Shown: one piece after another, positions 38,601-48,772 of the stretch
Layout of the letters: the number at the start of each line of letters is the position of its first letter
Position numbering within the stretch: the first letter of the stretch is position 1
Source: a virus
Lineage: Duplodnaviria > Caudoviricetes
Length of the DNA: 64,000 nucleotides
Reading direction: 5' to 3' (one strand)
Virus record (IMG/VR): IMGVR_UViG_2974679032_000001
Location: 8,218 to 72,217 of that record
The notes under the pieces: generated by a model
Told to the model about the DNA's origin: nothing
Database searches by the model: none
The model's input: only the letters and a program-made list of their open reading frames with translations
Position numbers and translations under genes: made by a program

Positions 38601-39959
38601 CTACTGATCGAGCAGCGCCGCCAATCGCTCGGCGTGCTCCCCCAGGGCGTCGTCCCAAACGTCCTGGTAGCTCTCATAAACGGCCTGGCCCTGCTCCAGG
38701 CTCTCGATGGCGCTCAGCTCGGCGAACGCGGTGGCGTAGCGGATCGTGTCCTCGCTGGGCACCGGGATCGCGTGCTTGGGCACCTCGGTCTTGGCCTCCT
38801 TGCGGCGGCGGCGGGTCTCCAGGCTGGCCACCATCGTCTCCGCGCCCCAGAGCATGTCGATGGTGATAGCGGCGGCGCGCTCGGGCTGATCGCTGGGGAG
38901 GTGGAGGAGCACCGCGAAGTCGCGCCGGACCTCGGGGAAGTCCTCCCAGCTCTTGCCGTCGTTGGCCAGAATCTTGGTGGCCCAGCCGTAGACCCCGCCG
39001 ACCTGGACGCCATAGCTGAGCCAGCTGTACTGGAGATCCTTGTTCGTTTTCACGTCGAGGAGCACCAGCTCGCCGGTCTCGACCAGCCGACCAATGCCGT
39101 CGATCTTCCCGGCTACGGTCTCCTCGCCCTGGTCGTTGAGGATCGTGCGCTCGGTGTACTCGGGCAGCACCACGATGCCGCGGTGAGCCAGCACGCGCAT
39201 CCCGGCCTCGACGTGGGGCCGGACCACCTCGGGCACATCGCGCAGGAGCACCGCCCCGGCATGGATCGCGCCCAGCCAGGCGTGCGCGCACTCGCCCAGC
39301 TCGCGGCTGTAGGCCCCGCCCATGAGGTTGTCGATGACATCGAGGGTGTTGTCCAGCTCGGTGACCTTGGGAGCCGCCAGCGCCTTCTCCAGCGCCGCCA
39401 TCGCCTCGCCCGCCGTGGTGCCGGTCGGCTGATGGATCACCTGGTCGGGGTCGATCCTGGCCAGCTCCAGCACGCGCTTGGCGGTCTCGCGGCGCTTCCA
39501 TCGGCTTAGCCCATATGTCTCATCGAGGGTGTCGGCGATGGTGGTGGCCCGAGGGAACCCGGTGGTCATCCCGGTGGTCGGAGCCGGGAGCTGATACCAC
39601 CCCCAGCCGTTGAACTTGGAGGTCGGGCGCTCCGGCTCGGGCGGCAGCGGGAGGCGCTCCCATTGCGTGGCGCGCGGCGCTGGCTCGAAGTCATCGGTCA
39701 AGGCGGTCATATTGCTCTCCTGCGGTTGTGGGTTGGCCTCCGGCGGCGCTGATACCGCCGGAGGGGAGATCGGCGCTCCTGGAGGCGCTGAGCCTGCCGG
39801 GAGCGGTGCTGGCGCGCCGGGCGCGCGATAGCTCGGGTCGGCCTGCTCGATGTTGGGACTCCAGCCGTCCTGAGCGCCCTTGCCGGAGCGATACCAGACC
39901 GTCCCGTCGGGCTGGCGGCGGGCCGGATACATCTCGGCGACGGTGAGGCTGCGGCTCAT
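38601..39959 (-). CDS. PD-(D/E)XK (Cas4/RecB-like) exonuclease; alternative internal start at 39710
   Basis: 'AGKIDG...LLDVKT...Q..VY' nuclease motifs. Confidence 0.75.
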   Translation of the reverse strand: MSRSLTVAEMYPARRQPDGTVWYRSGKGAQDGWSPNIEQADPSYRAPGAPAPLPAGSAPPGAPISPPAVSAPPEANPQPQESNMTALTDDFEPAPRATQWERLPLPPEPERPTSKFNGWGWYQLPAPTTGMTTGFPRATTIADTLDETYGLSRWKRRETAKRVLELARIDPDQVIHQPTGTTAGEAMAALEKALAAPKVTELDNTLDVIDNLMGGAYSRELGECAHAWLGAIHAGAVLLRDVPEVVRPHVEAGMRVLAHRGIVVLPEYTERTILNDQGEETVAGKIDGIGRLVETGELVLLDVKTNKDLQYSWLSYGVQVGGVYGWATKILANDGKSWEDFPEVRRDFAVLLHLPSDQPERAAAITIDMLWGAETMVASLETRRRRKEAKTEVPKHAIPVPSEDTIRYATAFAELSAIESLEQGQAVYESYQDVWDDALGEHAERLAALLDQ

Positions 39960-40441
39960 CGGCTCATCAGCGCCCGGTAGTCGAACCGATCTCCGAGGGC
40001 CTCGATGATCGAGACCGGCTCGCCGACGTGATCGAGGAGGTGGTTGTCGAAGATGCGCGAGTACTTGGGCACCTTGACCTCGCCGCGCACGAACGCCTGG
40101 CCGTGCTCGGTGATCCGCCAATACCCGGCGCGCCCGCCGTCCTCGCGCGGGATGGTGTTCTCCTCGATCAGGCCCCAGCGCCGGAGCATCGCCCAGGAGC
40201 CGCCCAGCTGGGCGGTGTCGGCGAAGGTCGGCGCGTGGAACCATTCGCCGCCGTGCTCGCGCTCGGCCAGGATCAGCGCGCGGGCCTCGCTGGCGTGGAT
40301 CGAGCGCGAGTACACCTTCACGCGCTGGGTGCAGCAAGGGCACTCGCCGCCCTCGGGGTCATACATGACCGTCTCTAGCCAGTCCCGCCCGGCCTGGATC
40401 GTGGCGTCCAGGCCCGGCGGCGGCGTGCGCTCCTCGGACAT
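39956..40441 (-). CDS. hypothetical protein with CPCC motif and winged-helix-like region
   Basis: 'ECPCC' and 'LRRWGLIE...GYWRITEHG'. Confidence 0.7.
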   Translation of the reverse strand: MSEERTPPPGLDATIQAGRDWLETVMYDPEGGECPCCTQRVKVYSRSIHASEARALILAEREHGGEWFHAPTFADTAQLGGSWAMLRRWGLIEENTIPREDGGRAGYWRITEHGQAFVRGEVKVPKYSRIFDNHLLDHVGEPVSIIEALGDRFDYRALMSR

Positions 40442-42144
40442 CAGTTCTCGATCCCCCGGTCGAGCACCCGGCTGGCCAGCTTGATGCTGATCTCATCGCT
40501 CAGGCGCGCCTTGGTCATGCCGTCGAACCCGACGATCTTGAGGTTCTTGGCGAACCGCTTCTGCGCCTCGCTGGGCGGCTGGTTGCGCCGCCAGCTGGCC
40601 GTGCGCGCCGGGAGCTGTTGGTCGCTCTCCACGATCCAGATTTCAGCCGCCTCCAGCGCCGCCGGGAGGTCGGTGTAGTCGGGGCCGTCCTCGCTGACGT
40701 AGCGCCCCGAGGCGGTGACCCAGCCGCCCTTGCCCGAGCGGGTGTTGATCTGACCGACCGCCCAGGTGGTCTCGTCAGGAGCGCCCTCGCGGCCGGGGCG
40801 GAGGCCATCCTTGGGCCAGACGAACACGACCTCGCCGTTCTCCATGAGGTTGATGAAGGGCACGCCCTTGGGCGTCTCCAGCCAGAGGGTGTCGTCGTTG
40901 GCCAGCAGGTCGATGGTGACCATATCGACCGGCCCCTGGCGCACCAGCTTGATGTCCGGCTCGCCGGAGTCCTCCAGCGCGTGCTCCGGCTCCATCTCCA
41001 GCTCATTGCCCAGCTCGTCAACGTCCTTGGTGTCCGCGCCGGGGAGGAGCTGGGTCAGGGTGACCAGCTTCATCTGGCGGGCCGAGCCAGCCAGGTCGAG
41101 CACCAGCGCGTCGGTCTTGCCGGGGTAGAGGCGCAGCGCCCGGCCGACCATCTGGCTGTAGAGATTGCGCGAGCGCGTCGGCCGCGCCAGCACCACGGTG
41201 TCGCACATGGGGAAGTCAGCGCCCTCGGTGAGCACCTGGACGGTGACCAGGGCGCGGGCCTCGCCGGAGCGGAAGGCGGCGTAGACCGGCTGGCGGGCCT
41301 CGTAGCTCATCGCGCCGGTCACCGCGACGGCCGGGTAGTCGGCCTCGGTGAGCGCCTCGGCGATGTGATGGGCGGCGTCCACGCTGGCGGCGAAGATGAT
41401 CGGCTGGCGGTCGGCGGCGTGGAGCTTGATCGCGTCCACGACGTACTCGGTCGCGGCCTCCATCACCTCGGCCAGCTCGCCCTGGTGGAAGTCTCCGGCG
41501 ACATTGCGCACGTCATCGAGGGCGTTGAGGCCCTTGATCCGAACGGTCAGTCCGCGCGGCTCGACCAGGAACCCCTTGCGGATCGCCCACTTGATGTCCT
41601 TCTCGTAGGCGATGGACTCGATGACATCGCCCAGGCCGATCACGCCGCGCTGGTCGCGGTACATGGTGGCGGTGAACCCGGCCATCAGCGCGTGGTCATA
41701 GCCGCCCAGCTCGGAGAACGTGGTGTGGAACCCCTCGGCTCCGGCGTGGTGGACCTCATCCCAGTAGATGCGCGTGCGCCTCCCCAGGGCCTCGCGGCGA
41801 TGAGCGGTGGCGAGGGTCTGGAGGGTGGCGAACACGATCGGGCAGTGGTGGTCATCCTCCTCGGCGCGCACGATGCCGATGTCGGTCAGCGGGATGGTGG
41901 GGTCCACCGCGAGCAGGTCGCGCTTCATCTGGTCGAGCAGCTCGCCGCGGTGGGCCAGGGCCACGACCGGCTCGCCAGCGCGGTAGTCGCGGCGGATGCG
42001 CTCGCCGATCACGGTGGACTTGCCGGAGCCGGTGGGGAGCACGACGCCAGTGCGGCGCTTGCCCTTGGCCCACTCACGCTCGATGGCGTCGGCGGCAGCC
42101 GCCTGGTAATCGCGCAGCTCGCGTGGGGCGATAGAGGTGGTCAT
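40441..42144 (-). CDS. superfamily 2 (DEAH-type) DNA helicase
   Basis: 'LRDYQ', 'PTGSGKS', 'DEVHH', 'TAT', 'LTEGAD' and 'QMVGRALR'. Confidence 0.93.
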   Translation of the reverse strand: MTTSIAPRELRDYQAAAADAIEREWAKGKRRTGVVLPTGSGKSTVIGERIRRDYRAGEPVVALAHRGELLDQMKRDLLAVDPTIPLTDIGIVRAEEDDHHCPIVFATLQTLATAHRREALGRRTRIYWDEVHHAGAEGFHTTFSELGGYDHALMAGFTATMYRDQRGVIGLGDVIESIAYEKDIKWAIRKGFLVEPRGLTVRIKGLNALDDVRNVAGDFHQGELAEVMEAATEYVVDAIKLHAADRQPIIFAASVDAAHHIAEALTEADYPAVAVTGAMSYEARQPVYAAFRSGEARALVTVQVLTEGADFPMCDTVVLARPTRSRNLYSQMVGRALRLYPGKTDALVLDLAGSARQMKLVTLTQLLPGADTKDVDELGNELEMEPEHALEDSGEPDIKLVRQGPVDMVTIDLLANDDTLWLETPKGVPFINLMENGEVVFVWPKDGLRPGREGAPDETTWAVGQINTRSGKGGWVTASGRYVSEDGPDYTDLPAALEAAEIWIVESDQQLPARTASWRRNQPPSEAQKRFAKNLKIVGFDGMTKARLSDEISIKLASRVLDRGIEN

Positions 42145-42265
42145 CGTGTTCCTGTTCGTGCTGGTCAGAGTGCGTGTGTATGTGTGGAGGCCCAGCCGGG
42201 CGGGATCGCCTCCCGGCCGGACTTCCATCAGCCTATCAACACTTGCCCGAATTGGGAGGGTTATC

Positions 42266-45016
42266 TCAATCCGAGTCGGTGATCTCTTGCGCCGCCCTGG
42301 TCCGCGCCTGGTCAGGCGTGGTGGTGTCAGGGATGTAGCGCGAGCCGGACGGGGTGCCGGTGAGGGTCTGGATCAGCCCGTAGCGCAGACCCCGGTCAAC
42401 CGCCTCGGAGATGCGCTGCTTCCAGTACGCCTCGGTGTCCGAGCGCGAGAGCGCGTAGGCCGAGGGCCGCACCGCCCTGGCGATCTCGGCGCGGGTAGCG
42501 CCCTGCTGGGGCAGGTTGTCCACCATCTGCCGGACGCGGATCGCGGTCTCGACCACCGGCTCGGGCAGCGGCCTGGCCAGAACGACCTCGCCCTGCATCG
42601 GATCGACATCGCCGTTGGGGCCGGTGATGAGCGGCGCGCTGATCTGGTCGCCGAGCGGGTGGTTGATCATCAGCAGCGGCAGCGGGTTCTCCAGCTGCTC
42701 GGCGTTCTTCTGCTTGGAGGTGATCAGCTCGATGGCCTTGCCGGGCAGCCGCCCGTCGGAGTCAGCGATCTGGGAGATGTCCCAGGTGGCCAGCCGGATG
42801 AGCAGCTCGGAGTCCAGCGCACCGTTGAGCGCCGAGGAGCCGCGCGCGACATCGGGCGCGCCCTTGGCCGTGTGGTGAACCACGCACACCCCGGCGTTGG
42901 TCAGCTCCTTGAGCTTGTCGAACCGGCGCACCGCCTTGCCGACATCGGTGGCCGAGTTCTCCTCCAGGCCCGCGCTCATCCGAGCGAAGGTGTCGAAGAT
43001 GACCAGGCCGATGCCCTGGCGGGCGATGTAGGCGGCGATCTCGCCCCATGCCTCGTTGGAGGCGTTGACCAGGATGATGCCGTTCCCGAGGAGGAGATCG
43101 TCGGCGAGATCGACGCCGTGGGCGTCCTCCCAGGCGCGGATGCGCTGGACCGCGCCCGAGAGGCCCTCGCCGGGGAGGTAGAGCACCTTGGTCTTGAGCG
43201 TGCGCCGCCCCTGCCACCGCTTGCCGGTGGCGATGTGGCAGGCCATGTCGAGGCCGACCGTGCTCTTGCCGACGCCCGGCGAGCCGATGATGCAGCTCAG
43301 CCCGCCGTGCTCGATCAAGCCGTCGATGATGTACTCCGGCGGCGGCATATCCCGCCAGTGCGAGAACGGCGCGATCCGAGGCACCCCGTTGTGCGGGCTG
43401 TCGAACACGTCGGGGTCGGGATCGTCCACCTGGTCGGGGTAGGGCGAGTCGGCCTTCTCCTTCTTGCCGAAGTCGGCCGGGAGATCGGCCGGGTCCATCG
43501 AGACCGGCGCGGCGGCTGGCTCGGAGCGCGGCGGCTCCGCGTCGGCCAGGTGCCCGCCGGTCTCGGCGGCGTCGTCCTCGTCGGCGGCGTGCCAGACCAC
43601 CCCGTCGTCGTCGGCGACGAACAGGCCCAGGTCGGTCTGGCAGGAGCGGCAGAAGTTCACGCCCAGCTGGCGCGCCTCCTCGGCTGGCTCCGGCTCCGGC
43701 GCGGCCGGGAGCGAGAAGTCGCCGTCGGAGTCCTTGCCCTCCAGATCGGCATCGACGCCCTTGGGATCGAGGCCCGGCTCCACGCTGATGTCGGGCGTGA
43801 GGCCCAGCTCGTCCATCGCCTTGCCGACATTGCCGCCGAACGAGATCAGGCTGACGGCCTGGAGCTTGGAGAACGTCGGGGTCCAGCCCGGCTCGTCCAT
43901 CCCATCGGTGAAGGGCGGCGCGTCGTGGTCGGTCCACAGATGCAGCGGCGCGTTGACGCTGGTGTAGCGCCCGGCCGAGCAGCCCGCGTCGTGAGCGGTG
44001 GCGCTCTTGGGGCTGGCGTGCAGCCCAGGAGCCGTCCAGACCGCGCATCCGCAGGAGTCGGCCCGAGGAGCCGGGGTCCAGCCGAGCGGCTCCAGGATCG
44101 CGCTCCAGGGCACCTGCTCGGCCCAGCGATCCACCTCGTCGGCCAGGCCCTCGTTGTCGGTGGTCCGGCCCTTCTCGTCGGCCAGGGCGGCGCGCTCGAT
44201 GCGGTGCTGGCCCGCCTTGATGATCTCCTCGCCCAGCCAGGGCGGGAGGTCGTAGACGTGGCCGAGCTGCTCGTAGCGCCCCTCGGGCCTGGTGCTCGGC
44301 GGGATCAGGACATACCGGCGATCCCAGAGCACGGCGAACCCATGATCGCCGCCCCAGGTCATCGCGCCGATGTGGCGCGGGAGCACCGGCATCAGCTCGT
44401 CGGGCACGGTGAAGTAGAAGTGCCCGCCGTCGGAGTGCGCCCAGGTGCCGTCGGCGCTCTGCTGGCCAGGAGTCAGGATCGTCGGAGCCGGGGCCTGGTC
44501 GGGGTCGATCTCGGCCACCTCGTACCAGCGGTCCAGCTGGGCCTTGGTGTCGCAGTCGATGACCACCACGCCGGAGCCGCCCACCTCGATGGCCAGGTTG
44601 ACCGCCGCTGGCTCGTCCATGTAAATCTCGTCGGCGTCGGCAGCCTTCTTGGAGTACTCGACCACCGCGTTCTCGCCGTCATCGACCTTGCGCCAGGTGG
44701 AGAACAGCTCGACGTACCTCTTGAGGTAGCGGTCGAGGGTGGCCTTGTCCGAGGTGGCCAGCGCCAGCCCGGCCGGACTCTTGACCGATGCCCAGTCCTT
44801 GCGCCCGGCGTCGGCGGCGGCAGCTTGCGCGGCCTTGTCGTCGGCGCGGCGCTTGGCCGGGGTCCGCAGATCGGCGGGCACCTTGGAGTTCGGATAGATG
44901 AACAGGATGCTCAGCCCGAGATCGGCGGCGGAGCGGATGAAGGCCCGCACCGCGTCGTGATCGCGGTTGTCGATCCCGGTGCCGAGGACGGCCTCCAGTG
45001 GTTGTGAGCCGAGCAT
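42266..45016 (-). CDS. bifunctional primase-polymerase / AAA (RepA-like) helicase
   Basis: N-terminal 'VIDCD...GGHFYF'; C-terminal Walker A 'GSPGVGKS', 'IFDT', 'VHHT' and 'RGSSAL'. Confidence 0.9.
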   Translation of the reverse strand: MLGSQPLEAVLGTGIDNRDHDAVRAFIRSAADLGLSILFIYPNSKVPADLRTPAKRRADDKAAQAAAADAGRKDWASVKSPAGLALATSDKATLDRYLKRYVELFSTWRKVDDGENAVVEYSKKAADADEIYMDEPAAVNLAIEVGGSGVVVIDCDTKAQLDRWYEVAEIDPDQAPAPTILTPGQQSADGTWAHSDGGHFYFTVPDELMPVLPRHIGAMTWGGDHGFAVLWDRRYVLIPPSTRPEGRYEQLGHVYDLPPWLGEEIIKAGQHRIERAALADEKGRTTDNEGLADEVDRWAEQVPWSAILEPLGWTPAPRADSCGCAVWTAPGLHASPKSATAHDAGCSAGRYTSVNAPLHLWTDHDAPPFTDGMDEPGWTPTFSKLQAVSLISFGGNVGKAMDELGLTPDISVEPGLDPKGVDADLEGKDSDGDFSLPAAPEPEPAEEARQLGVNFCRSCQTDLGLFVADDDGVVWHAADEDDAAETGGHLADAEPPRSEPAAAPVSMDPADLPADFGKKEKADSPYPDQVDDPDPDVFDSPHNGVPRIAPFSHWRDMPPPEYIIDGLIEHGGLSCIIGSPGVGKSTVGLDMACHIATGKRWQGRRTLKTKVLYLPGEGLSGAVQRIRAWEDAHGVDLADDLLLGNGIILVNASNEAWGEIAAYIARQGIGLVIFDTFARMSAGLEENSATDVGKAVRRFDKLKELTNAGVCVVHHTAKGAPDVARGSSALNGALDSELLIRLATWDISQIADSDGRLPGKAIELITSKQKNAEQLENPLPLLMINHPLGDQISAPLITGPNGDVDPMQGEVVLARPLPEPVVETAIRVRQMVDNLPQQGATRAEIARAVRPSAYALSRSDTEAYWKQRISEAVDRGLRYGLIQTLTGTPSGSRYIPDTTTPDQARTRAAQEITDSD

Positions 45017-45501
45017 CAGAGATACCGCCCTTCGGTCGCCGCGACCTCGGCCCCAAGAGCCGCGTAGCCTACGGCGTCATCCCAGGAGTCGGTGTGGTTG
45101 GGCGTCTCGGCCAGCCGCCCGAGCTTGACCGCGATCATGCAGAGCGCGTACTGCTCCGCGGTGACCTCCTCCAGGCCCAGGATCGCCGCCCACATCTTGC
45201 CGATGCGGGTGAAGCTCGGCTCGGGCGAGCCATAGCTGCGCTGGCGCTCGCCGGAGATCGCCTCGCTGGCCCGGCGCAGCACCCGGTCGCGCTCGGTCTG
45301 GACGCGGGTGACCGGCTCGATGGGCGGCGGGTCCGCGTAGAGCTGCGGGCCGGGGCCGGTCCATCCCTCGGCGGCGCGCAGAGCGTCCTCCAGCGGATGG
45401 TCAGAGCCACAGCAGCCTTGCTCGGGGAGGTGCTCCCCGGTGGCGCGGCGCTGGCCGTCGGCGGCGCGCTTGACCACCTCGATGTCATCGGATTGAGACA
45501 T
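45016..45501 (-). CDS. DUF6378-like protein
   Basis: 'RQRSYGSP..F.RI..MW', 'MIAVKLGR' and 'DSWDDAVGYAA'. Confidence 0.75.
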   Translation of the reverse strand: MSQSDDIEVVKRAADGQRRATGEHLPEQGCCGSDHPLEDALRAAEGWTGPGPQLYADPPPIEPVTRVQTERDRVLRRASEAISGERQRSYGSPEPSFTRIGKMWAAILGLEEVTAEQYALCMIAVKLGRLAETPNHTDSWDDAVGYAALGAEVAATEGRYL

Positions 45502-45615
45502 GATTCTCCTTCGTGGTTGTGAGGCAAGGCCAGCCAGCCTATGCCCTGGTCGGCCGGTCTCCCACCGGCCGGAATATCTAGGGCGCGTTGCGATCACGCA
45601 CCCCCAGATCGTGGG

Positions 45616-47445
45616 TCATACCTTCGCCCAGTGGCTCCCCATATCCGCCCGGTCGGTGCGCAGCACCGGCTCGCGCTCAGCCCAGGCCACCAGGAACGGC
45701 GGCGGGGTCAGCATGATCTTCTGGACCTGCTCGGCGACCTCGGTATCGACCACCACCTCGTCGTGCATCGCCAGCTGGAGATGGTCGCCGAGGCCCTGCT
45801 CCTCCATCGTCACGATCGTGTGCGCGAGCACGTCATAGGCGCTGCCCTGGACGGTGTAGTTGACCGCCTTGAACACCCCGCCGGGATCGACGGGCAGGAT
45901 GCGCCCGCCCACGGTGATCGTCCGGCCGCTGGCCTCGGCCACGTCCTGGACGCGGAACATCCACCGCTCGCACTTCTTCATCGCCTCGAACATCTGCCGC
46001 CTGATCTGAGCGGCGCTCTCCTCGGTGTGGCCGATGGTCGCGGCCAGCTTGGCGATCCCCGAGCCGTACATGGTCGAGAGGAGCACCACCTTGGCGGTGT
46101 CGCGGTCACAGCCGCAGCTGCGCTCGATGGGTCCGTAGAGGTCCAGGCCCTCCTCGTAGGCGCGGAGAAACTCATGGTCCTTGGCCATGTTCGCCATCGT
46201 CACCGGCTCGATCTGGCTCCAGTCGATGGAGGTGAGGCCCTGGCCGTCGTCGCAGATGATCGCGCGGGCCTCCTTGGGGAACTGCTGGAGTTCGGGCGAG
46301 CCGTAGCTCATCCGGCCGGTGGCGCTGGCCCCGAGCACGGCCACCTGGGGATGGCAGCGGCCGGTCACGCTGGCCTGGCGATCCACCTTCTCCAGATAGC
46401 CCATCACCTTCTCGATCTGGGCCAGCTTGCGCTGAGCGCCCGCGAGCGGGTTGATCTCGGCCAGCGCCTCCATGTCGGCCTTGGTGGCGCGCAGCTTGCC
46501 GCCGGGCGTGCGCGGCCAGGGCCGGGGCAGCTCGCCGCGCTCATCGAGATACTCGACCAGCTTGGCTCCCTTGCCGGTGCCGCCCTCCAGGCCATGCGCA
46601 GCCAGCTCGGCGATGGCCAGGTTGCGCTCGATGTCCACCTCCTCGGCGTAGCGGTCCAGGTAGGCCCGGTCCACGTTGAGGCCCACCGCAGAGCGCCGCA
46701 TCATCACCTGGTGGACGATCTCCTGGGTGCGGATCAGCGACTCGGCCTCGGCCGGGGTCTGGGCGGCGGAGTAGGTGTTGACGAACGGGTGGTCCAGGCT
46801 CCAGTCGATGGCCATCTGGCGCATCACCGGCTCCAGCTCCAGGGTGGCCACGGTGTCGGCCATCGCCCCGAACCGATAGATCGGACTCGAGATGTCCATG
46901 CCCTCGAACCCGGCCTGGATGGTGCGGTAGCCGCTGGCCTTGAACGCGCGCTCCATCCCGCCCTTGCTCTCGGTCCAGCCCAGGAACTTGGTGACCAGCT
47001 GCTCCAGCTTCTTGCCCTGGCCATAGGGCGGCGGCTCGGGCAGGGCGAAGCGGGCCAGCAGCACGGTGTCGGCAATCTTGTCGATCATCGCCTTGCTCAG
47101 CAGCCCGGCGTGATAGAGCGGCGGCACGTCGAACGCGGCGTTGTGCAGGATCAGCTTCCCGGCCTTGGCGTTGATCTCCTCGACCAGCTCGCCGTGCCCA
47201 GCTGTGCGGCGCGGATCGAGCAGCACCGCCTTCACGCCGGAGCCGTCATCCCAGGCGGCGGTGACGCAGTTGATCTCGAAGTTGCGGTCCAGGCCAGGAG
47301 TCTCGATGTCGATGGCCACCGCGAGGTTGGCGGGCATCGCTCCCACGGCGCGCTCGGCCTCGGCCCCGGTGCTGAGCGTTGCGCCCAGCACCGGGTCGAA
47401 CCAGCGCCGCGAGGGCACCCGAGGGATCGCCTCAGTCGTTGTCAC
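45616..47445 (-). CDS. polA: DNA polymerase I family (3'-5' exonuclease + polymerase, no 5'-3' exonuclease)
   Basis: 'DIET', 'HNAAFD', 'ATGRMS', 'DWSQIE', 'AKVVLLSTMYG', 'VQGSA' and 'HDE'. Confidence 0.93.
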   Translation of the reverse strand: MTTTEAIPRVPSRRWFDPVLGATLSTGAEAERAVGAMPANLAVAIDIETPGLDRNFEINCVTAAWDDGSGVKAVLLDPRRTAGHGELVEEINAKAGKLILHNAAFDVPPLYHAGLLSKAMIDKIADTVLLARFALPEPPPYGQGKKLEQLVTKFLGWTESKGGMERAFKASGYRTIQAGFEGMDISSPIYRFGAMADTVATLELEPVMRQMAIDWSLDHPFVNTYSAAQTPAEAESLIRTQEIVHQVMMRRSAVGLNVDRAYLDRYAEEVDIERNLAIAELAAHGLEGGTGKGAKLVEYLDERGELPRPWPRTPGGKLRATKADMEALAEINPLAGAQRKLAQIEKVMGYLEKVDRQASVTGRCHPQVAVLGASATGRMSYGSPELQQFPKEARAIICDDGQGLTSIDWSQIEPVTMANMAKDHEFLRAYEEGLDLYGPIERSCGCDRDTAKVVLLSTMYGSGIAKLAATIGHTEESAAQIRRQMFEAMKKCERWMFRVQDVAEASGRTITVGGRILPVDPGGVFKAVNYTVQGSAYDVLAHTIVTMEEQGLGDHLQLAMHDEVVVDTEVAEQVQKIMLTPPPFLVAWAEREPVLRTDRADMGSHWAKV

Positions 47446-48001
47446 GATCCGCCTCGTCTGCCACCGCGTCGAACGGGCTGGGGATCGAGGCGATGATCTG
47501 GTCCAGCTCGGGGTCGGCCTCCTCGCGGTCGAGCCAGTTCTCGAAGTTCTCGGCCGCGCGCAGCACGCACTGGCGCAGCCACTTGTCGAACTCGCGCTCG
47601 CTCACGTCCACCTTGACCTTGCCGCCCCGGTCGAACGGGACCGGCGCGGTCCCGGCGAACAGGCGAGCGGCGCACTCCAGCGCCTTCTCCCGGCCCCAGG
47701 TGCCGCCGGACACCTCGGCCAGCGCCTCGCCCAGGATGGGCAGCTCGGCGGGCAGGTAGTGATCGGGGTTGAACGTGCCCAGCCTCACCACCTGGGCCGG
47801 GAACGTCACCCCGGCCTCCTCGATGGTGTGCGGCGACCAGCCGCCAGGAGATACCCAGACCACCGCGTGGCCGTCCTCGATCTCGCGCCGGATGAACGCG
47901 ACGGCCTCGCTGGTCGGATCGCCCGCGATGCGCTGCCAGCTGATGATGGTGCCGTCGGGCAGGGTCTCCAGGTGCCGCGCATCGCGGATCAGCCCGTTCA
48001 C
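47432..48001 (-). CDS. hypothetical protein
   Basis: GTG overlapping upstream stop; codon bias. Confidence 0.7.
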   Translation of the reverse strand: MNGLIRDARHLETLPDGTIISWQRIAGDPTSEAVAFIRREIEDGHAVVWVSPGGWSPHTIEEAGVTFPAQVVRLGTFNPDHYLPAELPILGEALAEVSGGTWGREKALECAARLFAGTAPVPFDRGGKVKVDVSEREFDKWLRQCVLRAAENFENWLDREEADPELDQIIASIPSPFDAVADEADRDND

Positions 48002-48402
48002 TTGGCCCCGCCATTGGCGTAGACCGCGACCCGGTTCTCGTAGTAGGTGATCGCCTGCTGGATCGCCTCGGGCAGATCGGTGCGCTCGAACTTGCCGCCC
48101 CACCGGCCCCAGTTGTGGTGGCGGGTGACCTTCTCGGATGTCTTGCCGTCCTTGAGGCGCTGCGGGCCGGAGACGAACACGCGGGTCAGCTTGCCGTTCT
48201 CCCAGTGGACCTCGCACCAGTTCGGCTCGAACGTGGCCCGGCCATGATCGGCCGAGAGGTCATCGAGCGCGCCGTCGCGCACCGCGAAGCGGGCCAGGTG
48301 ATGGACATCGGTGGAGCTGTCGCCGTCGGCCTCGCGGTCAACGACGGTCTTGGTCGTGCTGCGCAGGAACGTGATCCCGCGCGGCTCGGTGGGCTGGGTC
48401 AT
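47998..48402 (-). CDS. hypothetical protein
   Basis: CACGAAGGAG RBS motif upstream. Confidence 0.75.
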   Translation of the reverse strand: MTQPTEPRGITFLRSTTKTVVDREADGDSSTDVHHLARFAVRDGALDDLSADHGRATFEPNWCEVHWENGKLTRVFVSGPQRLKDGKTSEKVTRHHNWGRWGGKFERTDLPEAIQQAITYYENRVAVYANGGAK

Positions 48403-48502
48403 GGTCGTGCTCCTTCGTGGTTGGGTTGGTGCTTGGAGCCGGGAGGCTGGCTGCTCAACCTCCCGGCTCCCCAACTCGGCGCGGCAGCGCCGGGCTGGTT
48501 GA

Positions 48503-48772
48503 TCAGAGGGCCTCGGGATGGCCCGGCGGCGGGCCGGGCGGCTCCTCGGTGGCCGGATGGACATCGACCGGGTGGGCGGTGCCGATGCGCACGCCCGCGA
48601 TCTGGACCTGGCCGATGATCTCGCCGGTATCCAGGGCGATCTGGAGCACGATGGGCGGGAGCTGATCGCGCCGCCCAAGCTCCCGGCCCTGGGCGCGGCC
48701 GATGCCCTTGGCCAGGCTCCAGGTCAGCCCGATGCCGACCATGATCCAGAACGTGGCCAGTGCGCCGCTCAT
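48503..48772 (-). CDS. small membrane-anchored protein
   Basis: N-terminal TM; ATGA overlap. Confidence 0.6.
   Translation of the reverse strand: MSGALATFWIMVGIGLTWSLAKGIGRAQGRELGRRDQLPPIVLQIALDTGEIIGQVQIAGVRIGTAHPVDVHPATEEPPGPPPGHPEAL

Noticed and set aside
42137-45007. 956-aa plus-strand ORF opposite the primase/helicase (and similar long antisense ORFs elsewhere)
   Set aside because: Antisense shadow of a gene with clear catalytic motifs.
40441-47445. Inteins or introns in the helicase, primase or polymerase
   Set aside because: Motif spacing looks ordinary, and no intein splice-junction or homing-endonuclease motifs were noticed.
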